From the NCBI GenBank assembly GCA_043228905.1, contig JBHGNT010000010.1, forward strand, positions 682,001-746,000: 64,000 nt of DNA. The letters run 5' to 3'. The translations under genes and the position numbers were made by a program. Source of the DNA: Azolla caroliniana (taxonomy: Eukaryota > Plantae > Polypodiophyta). Shown here in pieces: positions 26,404 to 40,628 of the stretch (its first letter is position 1; each line of letters begins with the position of its first letter). A model generated the notes under the pieces. That model had not been told where the DNA came from. It ran no database searches and saw nothing but the letters and a program-made list of their open reading frames with translations.

Positions 26404-27349
26404 ATTGTAATGCTACATTTTTGTATCTCTTACTTTACGTGTGAATATACATATTCTTCTTTAGTACTTCATTGTGTTCCCATTCTGTCTAATCTATCTT
26501 GTGTTTCTCTTCTCTTCTCTCTTTCCTCTCACACATACACATAACACACATCTCTTCCACTACAACAGAATCATACCCGATTCTTTAGAAACTTCTCCAA
26601 AATAGTTGGGTGGTGTTACAATATTAAATTTGGAGATGCATTTGATGATCACCTATAGATTGTCATTATTACGAATATGTGTCAATAAGATGAACCATGG
26701 ATATCTATGATGCAATATTTTTTTGAGCATGAAGGATTGGTGTATGGGAAATCTAAGATTCATGCATCATGGTGGCCATTGCCCAATGGATGTATTCTTC
26801 TAAAGGTTCAACGTTATATATATGCTCAACAATTGGTAAGGTTGTGGCAAGATGCTCTATCTTTTTTTTGAGTAGGCACAATCAAGATGTTTTATCTTTT
26901 TTTTTCTATTTCTTCTCAATTATTGCATTGATATGGAAAAGAGAAGTTGACATCTCAGTTCAATTGTTTATATTCTTTGGGGATTGTAGAATTGGGGGAT
27001 GTGGTTGATAATAACTCTCAAAGATTGTCAAAATTTGAAGATGTATTCCCCCAAAAATTGGATATATTTGGGAGAAATTACAAGATATGACATTGTTGCA
27101 TAGATCTTACTAATCAAAACAAATGTTACACCTTGGGTTGATTGGATTGACAATTAAAGGATGGTACATGCTTGTTATAGGCCACTACAATTATATTATA
27201 TCATTAGACAACGACATCATTACACTAGTTACCACCTCAAGTAGAAAATGTGTAGAATGTAATGTAAGCTAAATGCAAGGTGGTGGCAAAAATTGCAATG
27301 TGGTTGGCATTCCCATTTGACATTTCGTGCAAAGGTATTCATAACACTC

Positions 27350-27445
27350 AACAATGGTTCGGTTGAACCCAACCGAACCGCGAAATCATGGCTTAAGGGT
27401 TTCAACAGTTAGACGGTTCGTTTAAACAGTTTAATGGTTTTTTGT
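27350..27445. mobile_element. MITE/hAT-like terminal fragment with AACCG/CGGTT subterminal motifs
   Basis: ggttcggttgaacccaaccgaaccg...cggttcg; a similar motif cluster lies at 47740-47885. Confidence 0.4.
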
Positions 27446-27519
27446 TTTTAGATTTTTATTTTTATTATAATACTATGTTGCAATGTATGACTCAATTGGA
27501 ACAAGAAGTTTTCCCAATT

Positions 27520-27769
27520 ACATGGTAACTAAAAATAGGATTACTTGCTTCAAACCTCAAGAAGACCAATGACCTCAAGAAAGATTACATATGTTGAAGT
27601 TTACTAACCCAACCAAGTAAGTTTAAAGTCTACACCCAAGTTGTCTACAATCACATGGTAACTAAAAATAGGATTACTTTCTTCAAACCTCCACAAGACC
27701 AATGACCTCGAGGTTACATATGTTGAAGTTTACTAACCCAAACTAGCAGGTTTGTAGTGTACACCCAAG
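27520..27769. repeat. ~133-bp diverged tandem duplication
   Basis: acatggtaactaaaaataggattactt...tacacccaag at 27520 and again at 27653. Confidence 0.85.
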
Positions 27770-29180
27770 CTACCTATCTCTACCTGAAAGTGATTTATTT
27801 ACATATTCACAAGTGTGTACTTGGGTGTGAACAAGATAATCGATGAATAAGCTTGTTATCTACGAATGGATACATGAGTGTAGATGTACATGGATATAGG
27901 TGAGTGCTTGTATCTCGAGAGACATACAATACACCTTTTATGCCACTATAAAAAATTCCAAAGCAGCTTCCACACAAAGAGCTCAACCCACGTCTTGGGC
28001 ACGCACTATTGGAATGGTGTTCCGCATCATCATGAATTTCCATCCCTATGCTTTCACATTGGTCCATTTCATTTTGTAAGGAAAGGAAGACTGTTTGTGT
28101 AAATAGCAAGGCTATTTCAGGAGTGACACTACGGTCCTTGGCTGTGTGTATCATCATTTTCATGGAGCTGCGAGCATATGCTAAACGAATGCGCAGACCT
28201 GGTCTTCAGCTAGACTTAGACATTAAACTAAGTCGGTCAGTCTTTTTTCAGTCGGTTAGATAGATATATTTGGCCCCCTCCCCAACCCAAAACAGCAAAA
28301 ACCTTTGACAGACATACATATTATATTATATATACATATTTATAAGAGCGAAACTGATTTTCAAAACGGCCATGAGCAACGTTACTCCTACAATCTCTCC
28401 CATACACACACTCCAAGCCTCTCACATCCCATCTAACTAGAAATAGATGATCTCCAACAGCTTCTTCAGAATTCACCAGCTCTTCGCCGATATTTTATTT
28501 CTAGCTCTCTCTTAAAGATTGATAGGACATTACACACACACACACACACCCCAGAACGTAGGCTATTTTATTTGGCCGTTCTCAACATAAGATAACAGTT
28601 CCTACTACTAACTATATTATTATCACTGATTCACTCACCATAACTTGAATATTAAAAGCAAGCATGCATCATCAATAAAAAACCTCTTTTTATTTTGGCA
28701 CTTCCGCAAAAGATTCAACACCATCACAAGAGAGATGGAGGAAAACAGGTAGTCCATCGATACCTTTACAATGGCACTCTGAATATACGAAATTCGATCT
28801 CATTCTTCATAGACACACACACACACACACCCCTCTGTGTGAAAACACCAACAAGAACAAGCTATCAGGATAAAGACCAGCTCCCTTTCCTACTACTTCC
28901 TTTCACTTAAAGAGATGTTGATTGAGCTACAGCAGACATATATGTACCACCATTTTGTATGTTGCCTTTAGTACCATGCCCTTTCAATTTAATAGGGATT
29001 TGCCTGAAACATCTCTGGTCGTATTTATTGAGATCATCGGTCGAATGATCATCTCAGTCTCCACTTATAGACGATGGACGCGTAGCAATTTGAAAAACTT
29101 ACTGCATCACAGCCGACTAAGTGCCTATACTTTTATTTTCTTATTAGCAAACATTACTATGGGGAAAAAATCTCTAGGGA

Positions 29181-31735
29181 TTAGTAAGTGGTCGACGTGT
29201 ACAACAGAGAGGCGGACGAAAGAAAACTGCATGACGATAATGGTGGCGCAGCAATAGTATGTGATTGATCGGCGTCACTCCGCTTCATGCCAGCACGTAA
29301 TTGCTTCAGCGACATGACCCTACATTTGTTATTCACATTAACCTGATCTGAACCATTTTGCGTAGCATTAGAATTACCTGGCACACACGACTCATACAAG
29401 GTCGCTTGCGGGAGGGATAGGTCATGACAAGCATTTCGGTATATAATAGCACATGGACTTGCCGAGGTGCACGGTGGCTGATGACCATAAGTGTCAATAC
29501 TCTTTACGTTATCCATATCAGACATTATAAAGGGTGCAGCTACTGATTGACACTGCCCAGAAGGAGCTGTTACCGCACCTTCACTAAGGATCGCACTACA
29601 ATCGCACCTGCAGCTTATGAGATTTAAGCTACTGTCAGTTGAGATGGGCGAACTAGACATCGCACCCCAAAACATTGACGGCACAAAATATTGATGATCA
29701 TGTAAAATGGGGTCACGTATGCCAGCTGAGAAGTTCTTACTCTCAACACTTGAGCTGCTGCAGCTGTTCTCTGTAGAATTCGCACTGTAATCACCACTGC
29801 CGTGCCCGTTATCTGCATGCGCACCATAGATACTGCCCCTCCCCAGCTTGGAATCACACGCACAGGATGAAGAGCAAGCCGGACCAGTGGCAACCACATG
29901 GGGGGTAGCCATCATAGTGGTTGGCAGTGGCAGTGAAACATTACAAACGACTGTATCGCGCTGGAGAAGTTCCTCGATCATTTGAGAAGCCATCACAGTG
30001 TCCTGATCTATCATCAAATGAGAAGTACCGCTGCAAGGAAACTCATTAACATTAACATCAACATGAACGCCACGATTGTCATCTCGGACCAGTATGTCCA
30101 TATCCTGACCAGTGCCAGCCACTTCAACTCTATTCAAGGAACAGTTACCATAAATCCCAGGCGACCTGTGCCATTCAACAGAACATATGTCCAGAATTTC
30201 CTGACCACAAGCATTCATACGTGACGAATAAATGGATCCAACATCTGGATCTGCGTATACATAATCAGGACGCTGAGATACAATACCCCTGTAGTCATCC
30301 ATAAGAAAGGTTCTCGAGCTGTCCAGTTTGCTGGGGAGGGACATATGTTTGATATCACCATCTTGCAGAGCCTGAAGCCCTGTATAAAAGGTGCTTCCAT
30401 CATGGGGCGTAGCAGTCACTAAACATTTTGTCAATGAATTGTTAGACTGATCATTCTTAATATTGTAGACAGGCAGCTGTACACTACTGGACTGATTATC
30501 ATCGCATTTCGAAATGGAGGAGGTCGTACAAGGCTGCATCTCATGTGGATTTTCAGTTGACCCTGCCGCATTTCCTGCAAACATTGTGCTGATGGGATCA
30601 CCTGCACGACGTTTCGGTAGCTGCTGTCTTTGAAGGGCAACTAGACCATCATGTGTACTATTCGAGTTCAACATACTCGACGTTTCATCTGACTGGCGCG
30701 GCTTATGACCTAGCCGGAGAGTAGAAAGGAGCCTATTGCAGCTTGTAGAAGGAATACTGGCGAAGTCGTGACCACCTGGAACTGCCTCCATTGACATGTG
30801 CCAAATTCCAAGCTCATCTGACTCTCCGGAGGAGTTGGACAAGCGGAGGCAGGTAAGAGATTGGCGAGATTGAATATTAGCCTTTCCATTACATGCATCC
30901 CCCACGACTCCCTGAGGTTGTTTTTTATTATAACAGACACCTCGGCCATCCAACATATTCCCCTGCACGGTTACACCTCCGGAAAAGGCCGTGGTAGTAC
31001 TGTTACAGGCGTTGCTTATCATATATGAAGTACTGCTACAACTACCGCTGCTACTATTACTACTGGAAGTGCTCTGAGTATCCAGCAAGGCATCAGGTTG
31101 GTAGAGCTGAGACATTCTGAACCTGCTTGCGGTAGATACAGTGGTCGGATCCTGGGGAGGAGGTTCGGACGTTGCAGTTGCAGTTGCAGTATCGGTGCAA
31201 GTCCTGCTCTGAGCGCCGAGTTTTGCGGAGGAGTATGTGCCGCTATATCGAGTATTATTAGCGGAAAGCTGTTGGCAGCGCTGGAGCTTAGCTATGAGAG
31301 CTGGAGACAGAAGGGGGGCCTTTCTACTGCTCTTGCCACTGGATGCCGGCCCACCACGCTCATCATGATATTGATGAGCAGCAGTTGTTGTGGTGGTGGT
31401 GGAGGACAGTGGGAAGTTGGTGCGAGCATTGGGGCCGGACATCAGCCGCGCCGCCTCATCATACGCTCGTGCAGCATCTTCCGCCGTCTCGAATGTCCCT
31501 AACCATACTCTCGTTTTCCTGCATCACCACACACACACACACAAGGAGGAGGTAATTAGAATTAGGAATATGAATGACTGCAGGACTGCTAACTAGATCA
31601 TGGAACACTTGCGGTAGTAATGAAGCAATTGGTGGGGGAATGGGGAGGAGCATACAGAATGGGGTGGCGAATTTCAGAAACCCACGAGCCCCAGTGGCGC
31701 TGACGTACACCTCGGTATCGCTGTGCACGCGCCAT
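29181..31735 (-). CDS. AP2/ERF transcription factor, group V (SHINE/WIN1 / ESE3-ERF003-like), ~805 aa; exons 31735-31656 and 31518-29181
   Basis: [27 protein letters not shown]|[36 protein letters not shown], with the group-V intron position inside the AP2 domain; also [20 protein letters not shown]...GIW and QMIEELL motifs. Confidence 0.93.
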
Positions 31736-31916
31736 CCCTCTCTTTCTCTCTCTCTCTCTCTCTCTCTGCTTCGTGCGTGTGCGCGTGTGTGTCTTTCTTG
31801 GATGAGTGTTGTGGGTGCACAATGAGGCTAAAGAACGCACTCAAGAAACCACACTAAACTGCTGAGGGTATTGTTTCTTATATGATCTGTGGGTTTCTTC
31901 AGTGCAAGGTGTGTGC

Positions 31917-31936
31917 GGGGGGGGGGGGGGGGGGGG
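31917..31936. repeat. Poly-G tract (G20) upstream of the ERF gene
   Basis: Direct reading. Confidence 0.9.
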
Positions 31937-34900
31937 CTATGACAAGCAATGTATTGGGGAAGGGAGGATATTTGGGCGTTTGATGGACCCTTTTCCTTCC
32001 TTTTGAAGTTGGGTTTCATGAGCACGTGCAAGGATTTTTTGTACCACTCAACACCCATATATACATACATACATATGTATATATATATATTTGTTTTGAA
32101 GGGGGCAGGGGGGGGTAACTTTTGGGTTAACCAGCTTAGGTTGGGTGGGACGGTCTTCCTCTTTTAGATACTATAATTTAGAAGAAATATAGATAGAATA
32201 AATAAATATAGAGGAGGAGCTGCCGCAGAGATCCGTCCTCGACACCAAGTGTGAAACGAGAGAGTAGGCCGCTACGTCCCCCCGTGCGGGCTATTTTCTC
32301 TCAAACCCCCACTAAATTAATTACACACTAAGACTTGTAAGGCTACTGGAATATTGGGGGAGGGGGTACCCTGCCCTCGTATCTAAGCAGGGTCATTCCT
32401 CTCTATATGCCCTAAATATATGTATAGAATACTAGTAGCAGAAACCAAATACTAATTTAAGAAAAAAGAGATATATTCTTTTATTGACTGATCACTCAAC
32501 TACCACTACGTGTAGTAATGCTGGTGGTGTGCTAACTCTGATCTATCCGGAGTCCGGACTGACTGACGCTTCTATTTAATAAATATATACATACATACAT
32601 TATACATACATATATATAGAGAGAGAGTTATGTAGAGATGCTAGCAAATAAAGCTCAATATAAGATCAGTATAACTGTACTCTTTGCAGCCGTGCCGCCT
32701 CTGTCTCTTTCTCGCTCTGTATAGCTAAATATGTAGCACAGGGCGATAATTACATTGTAATTCCCTAAATCTGGTATAATATATTAGTAATCTCAGGTAA
32801 ATCATTAATTCCCCACTTCCACCTCCTAATGCGCGCCCCACTGTCACTGATCGGTCTATCCATCCATCAGATCCTTTTTCCACATAATAATATCATCTGT
32901 GAATGTATATTGTTGATGTGCAGTGTTTATAGTTGCCTAACCTATTGCTGGTATATATATATGTATATATATCCGTTGAAATCAACCTTCGGATTAATTA
33001 CATAAAACAACTCTGCGAGTTATTCGCCAGAGCCATAGCTACTCTTACTAACGAATATGCGTGCGTGCGTGTGTGTAGCAGTAGAGGTAGCAGTCAGTAG
33101 TATTCTTATGTATATATGTGTAGGAGTACTGGTTCTTTTTAATAATCGACATTCAGTTTGCTTGGGTGTGTGGCGTAGTAGGATAACATCAGCTCGATTC
33201 AAAAGTACTGGCGGTCCACATTGGATGATTGATTGATTGATTGATTGATTGATGGTTTCATCTTGAAAAGAAAAGCCAAATTTTGAATGAATGACTGACA
33301 TGTCCTTCGATGAGATATAAACGTTGTTTAAGGTGGAGGAGGATTGATAAGTAGATAGATTTTTATATGTAAATAAAGCCATATATATATATTATTATTT
33401 TTGGTTCTACAGTCTACCTCTAGGTATAGGCAGCTGAAGCGGAAGGGAAGAAGTGTGGTGTGTGTGCGCGCGCGTGTTTCCTTTGGTTTTGAAGTGGTGA
33501 TGGGAAAGAAAACTTGGAAGAGGTTTGGCTGAATTTGTACACTCGTTTCTTAGCTTTTTGTTTCGGGGGCTTTGGCATTTGCCATCCCAAGATGGAATCG
33601 TTATCTAATCATGTCCACGAGACCTACCCTCTTTTCTCCGTCTTAAAAAGGGCTATTTATTTCGAGCCCCTCTCCTACCCCTAGATTCTAAGAGAAGTGA
33701 AGTGGTTAGTTAGTTAGTTAGTTGTGTGAAAGCTCCACACACAGAAACCCAACTAGCCCATAATCCCAATTACGAGCTGGTTCCATCTCTAACACAAGTC
33801 CCACAACATGATCCCTAATTATTCTTACCCTTTGCTTTTAAAAGTGGGCTGACCTTTCTTAGGTTCTTCATTAGAGTAGTGTCTATCTCTTTTGGCTAAG
33901 TGCATTAAAGGTAACATTAGTGTGAAATGTGGAAAGTGTTAGAGTGTGACAATCTCTGAATTCATGGAATGTGGAAGTTGTCTTAGTGGATCTCACCATC
34001 GTCGTCAACATACCATATTGGCCTTCAATGTGTAATAACGCTCAAATAATATGATCATGATTCTAAGTATCCATCTAGTACTACCAAGTATCGATGCCTA
34101 CTTCATTCATGTTCAAGCACTCTATATTTCAGAGATCTTAATAATATATGGGCACTCATGGGATGTGGATAGTGGCATCTAAAAGATTACTATGAAAGAA
34201 TTGAGTATATTCATGAAGATGGTATAGCATGAGAACAGAAAGAGAGATGGCTATGGGACTTCCTTTCAAATTATTATTGATGGTCATTCTAGGTTGATTT
34301 AATGAACCTTGTAATTAGGACTATGCACACACGAACAATGAGATGGACTATGAAGACTAAGAGATAGACTAAGACAATTGTCAATTTTTCATTAAATGTT
34401 ATGGTTTTTGCAGAATCTCTACGTATATCCGCACCTTATCAAAAACTTTGCCAATGAGAATGTCCATATTTGTACTATGACTCTATGTACTATATAAACT
34501 TATACTAATTCTTATCACATTTACCGGCACCAATTCGAACTTTGACTTGGATTGGGATCTTTCTAAATATAATCTTTACATTAAGTATAGAACATATTGA
34601 AAATTAAGCCGTTTATATTATGGTTAGATGTGATAGGCATTAACATCATAAAGTGTGTTCAAACCCATCAAGTAGATTGCATGAGTAGGTTATATGGACA
34701 ATTTTGCATGCATGAGTTGTTTCAAGTGATCAAAAGGAATCTATACAAAATCTAGTTTCAACATGCAAGTAAATTTCTCATCCAATATGGGTCTCTCCAT
34801 AATGAGGAACTATAAAAGTATGATAATATGTGGCAAAATGACCCAAAGTTGGGCCTTACTAAAGATTCTAATGATTCATAATAACATCTCTTATCATTTG

Positions 34901-35126
34901 ATAATATGTGGCAAAATGACCCAAACTTGGGCCACACTAAAATATTCCAATGATTTATTCTTCCTTCAAATCATAGATGAAATGAATGTGCGACACACCG
35001 CCTAGAGGCGGGTAAGCGAGCATATTATGCATTTGAGAACACATGCAATCTTAGAGATATTAACTACTAAGTTACGTGGTTAACTAAATGGCTAAACTAA
35101 GTTGAGCTTGATATCTCAACACTCAC

Positions 35127-36206
35127 CTAGACACATAGCGAGGCGACCAAACAATTACTACAGGAATTTGAGGATGAGTAGCTACAGGTCGCCCTCGATC
35201 TAGAGCGGTATGAGTGGGAGCGACTCCAAGAAGAAACGGTATTCGAAGCCTCAGTTGAGGTCAACAATGAAGCCTTCCAAGAAAGAGTCGGTGACAGAAC
35301 AAAAGAAAGAGCCAGAGCAAGGGACAGGGTTGGCATAAGAAAAGGGAATCTAAGGAGGAAAATGTTCGGCAAGACAAGGAAGCCCCACAACAGGACGAAT
35401 CAGCACAAGTGACCATCCCGGAGAATGAAGTACGCGAGCAAAGGGCCGATCTCTCAGCCAACCTCAAACCAGATGAGTTGGAATAGGCGGAGGGCATCAC
35501 ATCCATTTTGGAGGAGGAATAATGTACTATAATTTTTTTTTCAACTCTTTCAATTTTTTCAAGTCGCAATATGTACCAGTTTTGGGATTTTTGGTCAATT
35601 TTCAAGTTAGACGTGCAAGGCACTGTCCCACGGGCATGCCAGGTGTTATCCGTGGGACAAAAGGAACAAAGTGTGAAAGGGATGAAGGACAAATACGAAA
35701 GGGACACATAGGACAAGTGTGAAAACATGTAAAGAAGCCAAGCACTAACAATCGAAGAAAGTAACCAATCAATGCAGCCCAAGGTAGAAGTTGATTATCA
35801 TGAGGAAGTAGTTGGAACGCGCTGAGCGGGAAGGAAGCTATATATCAGAATATATATTAATGGTCTTGGAACCGACTAAGCTTAGATCTAGACTAGTGCG
35901 GAGTGAATGAGCGATACCGATTCTACTGGGTTATTGTACTATCCTTTGATTGTATGTTGGTAATCGAATACATATATACTTGTGGGTCACTCTCTGTATC
36001 TGTCTCATTTCTAGCTATCTTTCCTACCTAAATTCAGTTATAAGACGTTAATGCCCAATCGGTTGTAGCCGATTATCGGTGTGTTAATCCCAAGCGTCGT
36101 AATGATCTGATTGCTACTTGGAGTCACTACTCTCCTGTGTACCACGATTCCTTGACCTGATTACTCAGGAGGAGTAATCAAAGGTGTTCCCTAGGAAGGC
36201 GCAACA
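35127..36206 (+). mobile_element. 3' end of an LTR retrotransposon (probably Gypsy): internal remnant, PPT and 3' LTR (~35523-36206)
   Basis: Decayed Glu/Arg-rich ORF end, purine tract ggaggaggaataa directly before TGTAC at 35523, LTR-like body ending ...gcgcaACA at 36206. No matching 5' LTR seen. Confidence 0.6.
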
Positions 36207-39200
36207 AGTGAAATATAAAGTTGACTCCTAGGGTCATACTAATGAAAATACAAAGACATGTTAGGGTCTAACAAAGCATAGAGCAACTAATTGGGTTTCT
36301 AATAATGAGTGATGAAATATATTGTTACTATAAAACTTTATCTGAAGTGTTTCTAACAACGAGTGGTGAAATATATTATTAGTAGTTACCATAAAACTTT
36401 ATATGAAGTGTTTCTATTAACGAGTGCAACTACTTCTAACCCTTGGTCAAGAGGCTCGAACACATAACCTTAAAGTTGCAAATTGCATAATTTACCATAA
36501 ACCTGTCGTACGTAGATTGAATCAACTACAAAAATATCGTTAGCCTTTCGACTAAAGACTCTTCCATTTATTCTTCAATAAATGACAAGCTTGGTAACTT
36601 TGCAAAGCATAATATGTGATTATCTTACTATCCCTTATTTGTTGCTTCAGGTTCTAAATTGCTTCATCATAGAAACTTTTTTTGAGACTAGTAGTTTGGA
36701 TGTTTGCAAATATTTTATGTACTTGTTCACTTAGTGACGATGAATCATTTATCAATTTTATTCACAATGATAATAATATTATGTTAGATCATGGCTTAGA
36801 AGAAGTCAATTTACATTTCTCACATATTTTCCTAATAGCCTTAAGTTAGTTTGGTTGAGTCTCCAAACCTATCTTGTTTCACCATCCAAAAGTCATTTGG
36901 TTGAAGTTAATTTTGGGCCCAGGATTACCCACAAAAATCTCTTGGTTCCCCTAAATTTTGGAGTTCTCTCTTATTTTGCTTCCATAGCCAATATCGATCT
37001 AGTTAAGCTTGTAGAGTCTGCATGTTTGCCATTCCCTATGCTTCGACCCCAAATTGAAAAAATGCATATATACACACACATGATTTCTTTCCCTCACGTG
37101 GATAATATTCTTTATATCCGAAATATTAGAACAAGGAAAAGATAAATGTATTGTTTGATTATACTTCATAATCCCTTCAACATATTTTTTCATACTTCCC
37201 TCCATTCGATTAGTAGAGTGACAAATGAGAAAATACACAAGTTCATATAGGTGTATGAGTGATGATTTCTTCATGAACACACACCATCTCGATGTTATTA
37301 ATCCCACCGTACATGCTCACCTTGTCAACTAGCACCTTGTCACCATACATGCTCACCTTGTCATAACTTAAATACCATATCATTGACCACAAAACTTGAA
37401 CAATACATTGGGCTTCAAAATGAGTCTATGATACTCATGAGTCGCACACACATTTAGAAAATAGTAGTGTATTTCAAAAACCTATATTAATTAGGTTATA
37501 CCCCATTATACCAATATTGCTTCACATCCTTTACCCTAATATGTGACCATTTGATAGACCAAAAATTAGATCCTTGGGTGTGGGCATGGATGTGGGGCTA
37601 ATTGCTATCTCTCCCTCTTGTAGTGAGGGTATTATCGTTCCTTGATTTCTGCACTAATGTAGGAGCATTTGATTCCCTTATTGAATAAAAAACATGGAAG
37701 GATCTCATGCCATTTGATGAACATGAGGTTGAATTTAATAGCTCAATACCTTGTTGTGCAATGTATATCTAATTGTTCTCCTCAACTATTATCTCTCTCC
37801 CTCTAATTATGTGGGTATTATTGTTCCTTCATTGTTGCACCAATGTAGGAACATTTGATTCCTTACTTAATATAAAACATGAGAGGATCTCATGTCATTT
37901 GATGAACATTTTGATAGACAGAGAGTTGTTTCTCTAGCCTCCTTTATCCAATATCTTTGTTAATAAACTTGATCAAGTTTAATTCCTTGTTTAATCGATT
38001 AAGATCCCAATGGATTCTCCTTTTCTTGTTTTTATTTTATTTTTATTTTTTAAAGGAAGATGCACCTTAGTATATTACCTGAAAAGTCTACATAGGAAAA
38101 ACATAAGGAGACATTTCATCTCACTTGTTTTTGTAAGATACAAAAGCTAGTACATCAGATGATGTCATATATGAACAAGTAGAACAATACTTACTATCCA
38201 CTGTCCAACATAAACGAAGGTATGACATAATTCCACTTTGGACCAACAGTTGTCTCTGGAAATAATTGGAGTCCAATATGATGATCTACAAGGTTCGGAT
38301 GATGTTTTGTGGCAACGACAACTGGCCTTTAAGAACGGATGGCAAGGACTCCAATCTCCTTTTCTTGTTAGTCAACAATTTGTTTGGAAACTTATATTTC
38401 GACTCATTAGCCCCCTCGGGGTCGACCTATACAAAAGTTTCACTTGTATCTTTTGTAAAACGCAAAAAACTTATTGCTACATACTTTATACCTTATTCCT
38501 ATCATATTTCAAGTCATCCCTTTTAATATATAGTGCATATCAAGCCACTTTGATGTTTATATAGACTATTGAATATTTTTAAGACTTCATATGTAACGAC
38601 ATTTGTGTTCTCCATCCTCTCTCCCACGCGACTTTGTTGTTGAAATCCATGATTATAATTTGTGAATGTTTAAAAAACCATTAAACATAATATATACGTT
38701 AACCCAAACACGTCATTACCTTAACCACACAATCATGAGGGCAAGAGTACAAAAGTTGGTGTGAACCTAATAACACCACGAAGAGTTATTCATATTATGT
38801 CTTCTCCATTCAAAAAACAAGGAGAGGTTCAATGTTTTCTCTATTATAGAACTAATGTGCATGCACATTAAATATATAAATGTAGAAGTCGTGCAATACA
38901 TCTAGAAAAAAATATAACTTATATCCCTTAGAAACCGGGCAATGGTTGTTCATTAAAGAAATTGTCATAGTTTAGCTTGAGGTGATGCACACAAACCATT
39001 CACTACCAAAAGAGCAACCTTATAAGATTGACAATGACATATGTAACAATAGGTTGAAAGAGCTTTTAAAAGCAATGCTAGCGTAATATATGATTGTAAG
39101 AAAATTTAGCATTGGCATGAAATCTAACAAGGTTACTTCAAGAGATATGAAGTGAAATTGTAGCCACTCTGAAGAGCCAATATGATGGCCTTAAAGGTGG

Positions 39201-39372
39201 CTCCGAGGGAGTTGAAAGACAATGCATAACCTTCATCCAACAATGGTCGTCCTCTCCCTTTCTTGAGTCAGTGGGCTTCCACATTAGATGGAACTATCGC
39301 GTCCCTTTAGGGATTTGTACATAATCGCCTCATTTGTAAAATTTTATAACTAATGGAAGGAGTTTTTTTTAG

Positions 39373-39543
<171 letters not shown>

Positions 39544-40628
39544 ATACCATTTTTAGAACACGAAGGATGCTCACACATGGAAAAGAGGCTTAAATATAAG
39601 GCAAACGCACTTTATATTATGTGGGTGCTTTGTGTAATGTAAACAAAGTAGCAAAAAAGACGTGATATCAAAGGTGAATGAATTTCGATGGAGAAGAAGA
39701 AACTGGCTTTGCATGAAGAGAGACATTGAAGAGTAAAAACCATAAAGCGATATGTCGCGACACTCAGTAAGCTACGAAGGAACGGATCATCTGAAAGGAA
39801 AGGGGAGGAGTGGAGACGTTGGACAAGAAGGAACTCCCAACCCACCCACCCCATCCCAATGGAATGAATGAATGAAGGAATGGAGCTTTACCTTATTTAT
39901 TTTTAAGTACCCCTCCTTCTTTCCTTTTGGAAGGAGGTGGGTGGGTGATACATAACATAACATAGGTGGGCTAGACACAGTTTTGTTCTTCTCATCTCTA
40001 CATAACGAAAGACGTGTGAGATGAGGTGCCCATATCATCATAATCTGCTAATACATACATTATACATACTCTGTTTCACCTGGATTTGTTCTTATCAAGG
40101 TACATATGTACATATATTTCTCCGCCTTCTTCTTCTCCCGTCCCTCCTCCATTATTCTCACTTTTCGTCATTTCCATATATGTAGTTTCTCAGAATCAGT
40201 TAATATTTTTTGAATAGTTTCCTGTCTATCAACATACTAGCCTATATGTCATATGTCAAGCTAGTTGCTGTCTGTGCTCATTGATCGGTTACTTGCTTCC
40301 GAGTAAGCTCGCTTCCTTTGTATGTATGTAAATCCAACTGTTTCGAAAATCTCCTTTTACGAAAAGTGTGTGGCCCAACATTCCTGTGCATCTTTCAAAG
40401 AAAAAGAATAGCTTTAAATGCTTATGCATCCTTAATAGGCTAAAACTGCAGCTCTGTTGTTGAGCCTCTGGCATTCATGTAACCTTTGCCGGTTGAATTT
40501 TTAAAAAAAGGATTGTGGTTGTTTGATTCGTATGAAGGGAAGGAAAATCTGTAAGAGTTATGGATTAGCGATTGATTGTTTAAGGGAAATTTTTAGGGGT
40601 AGCATCTAAAGCAATCCGAAGTGAGTGG

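Noticed and set aside
25293-26620. Solo LTRs at 25293-25571 (TGT...ACA) and 26406-26620 (TGTAA...TTACA)
   Set aside because: No matching TSDs, and the TGTAAT at 26406 is better explained as part of the hAT target-site duplication.
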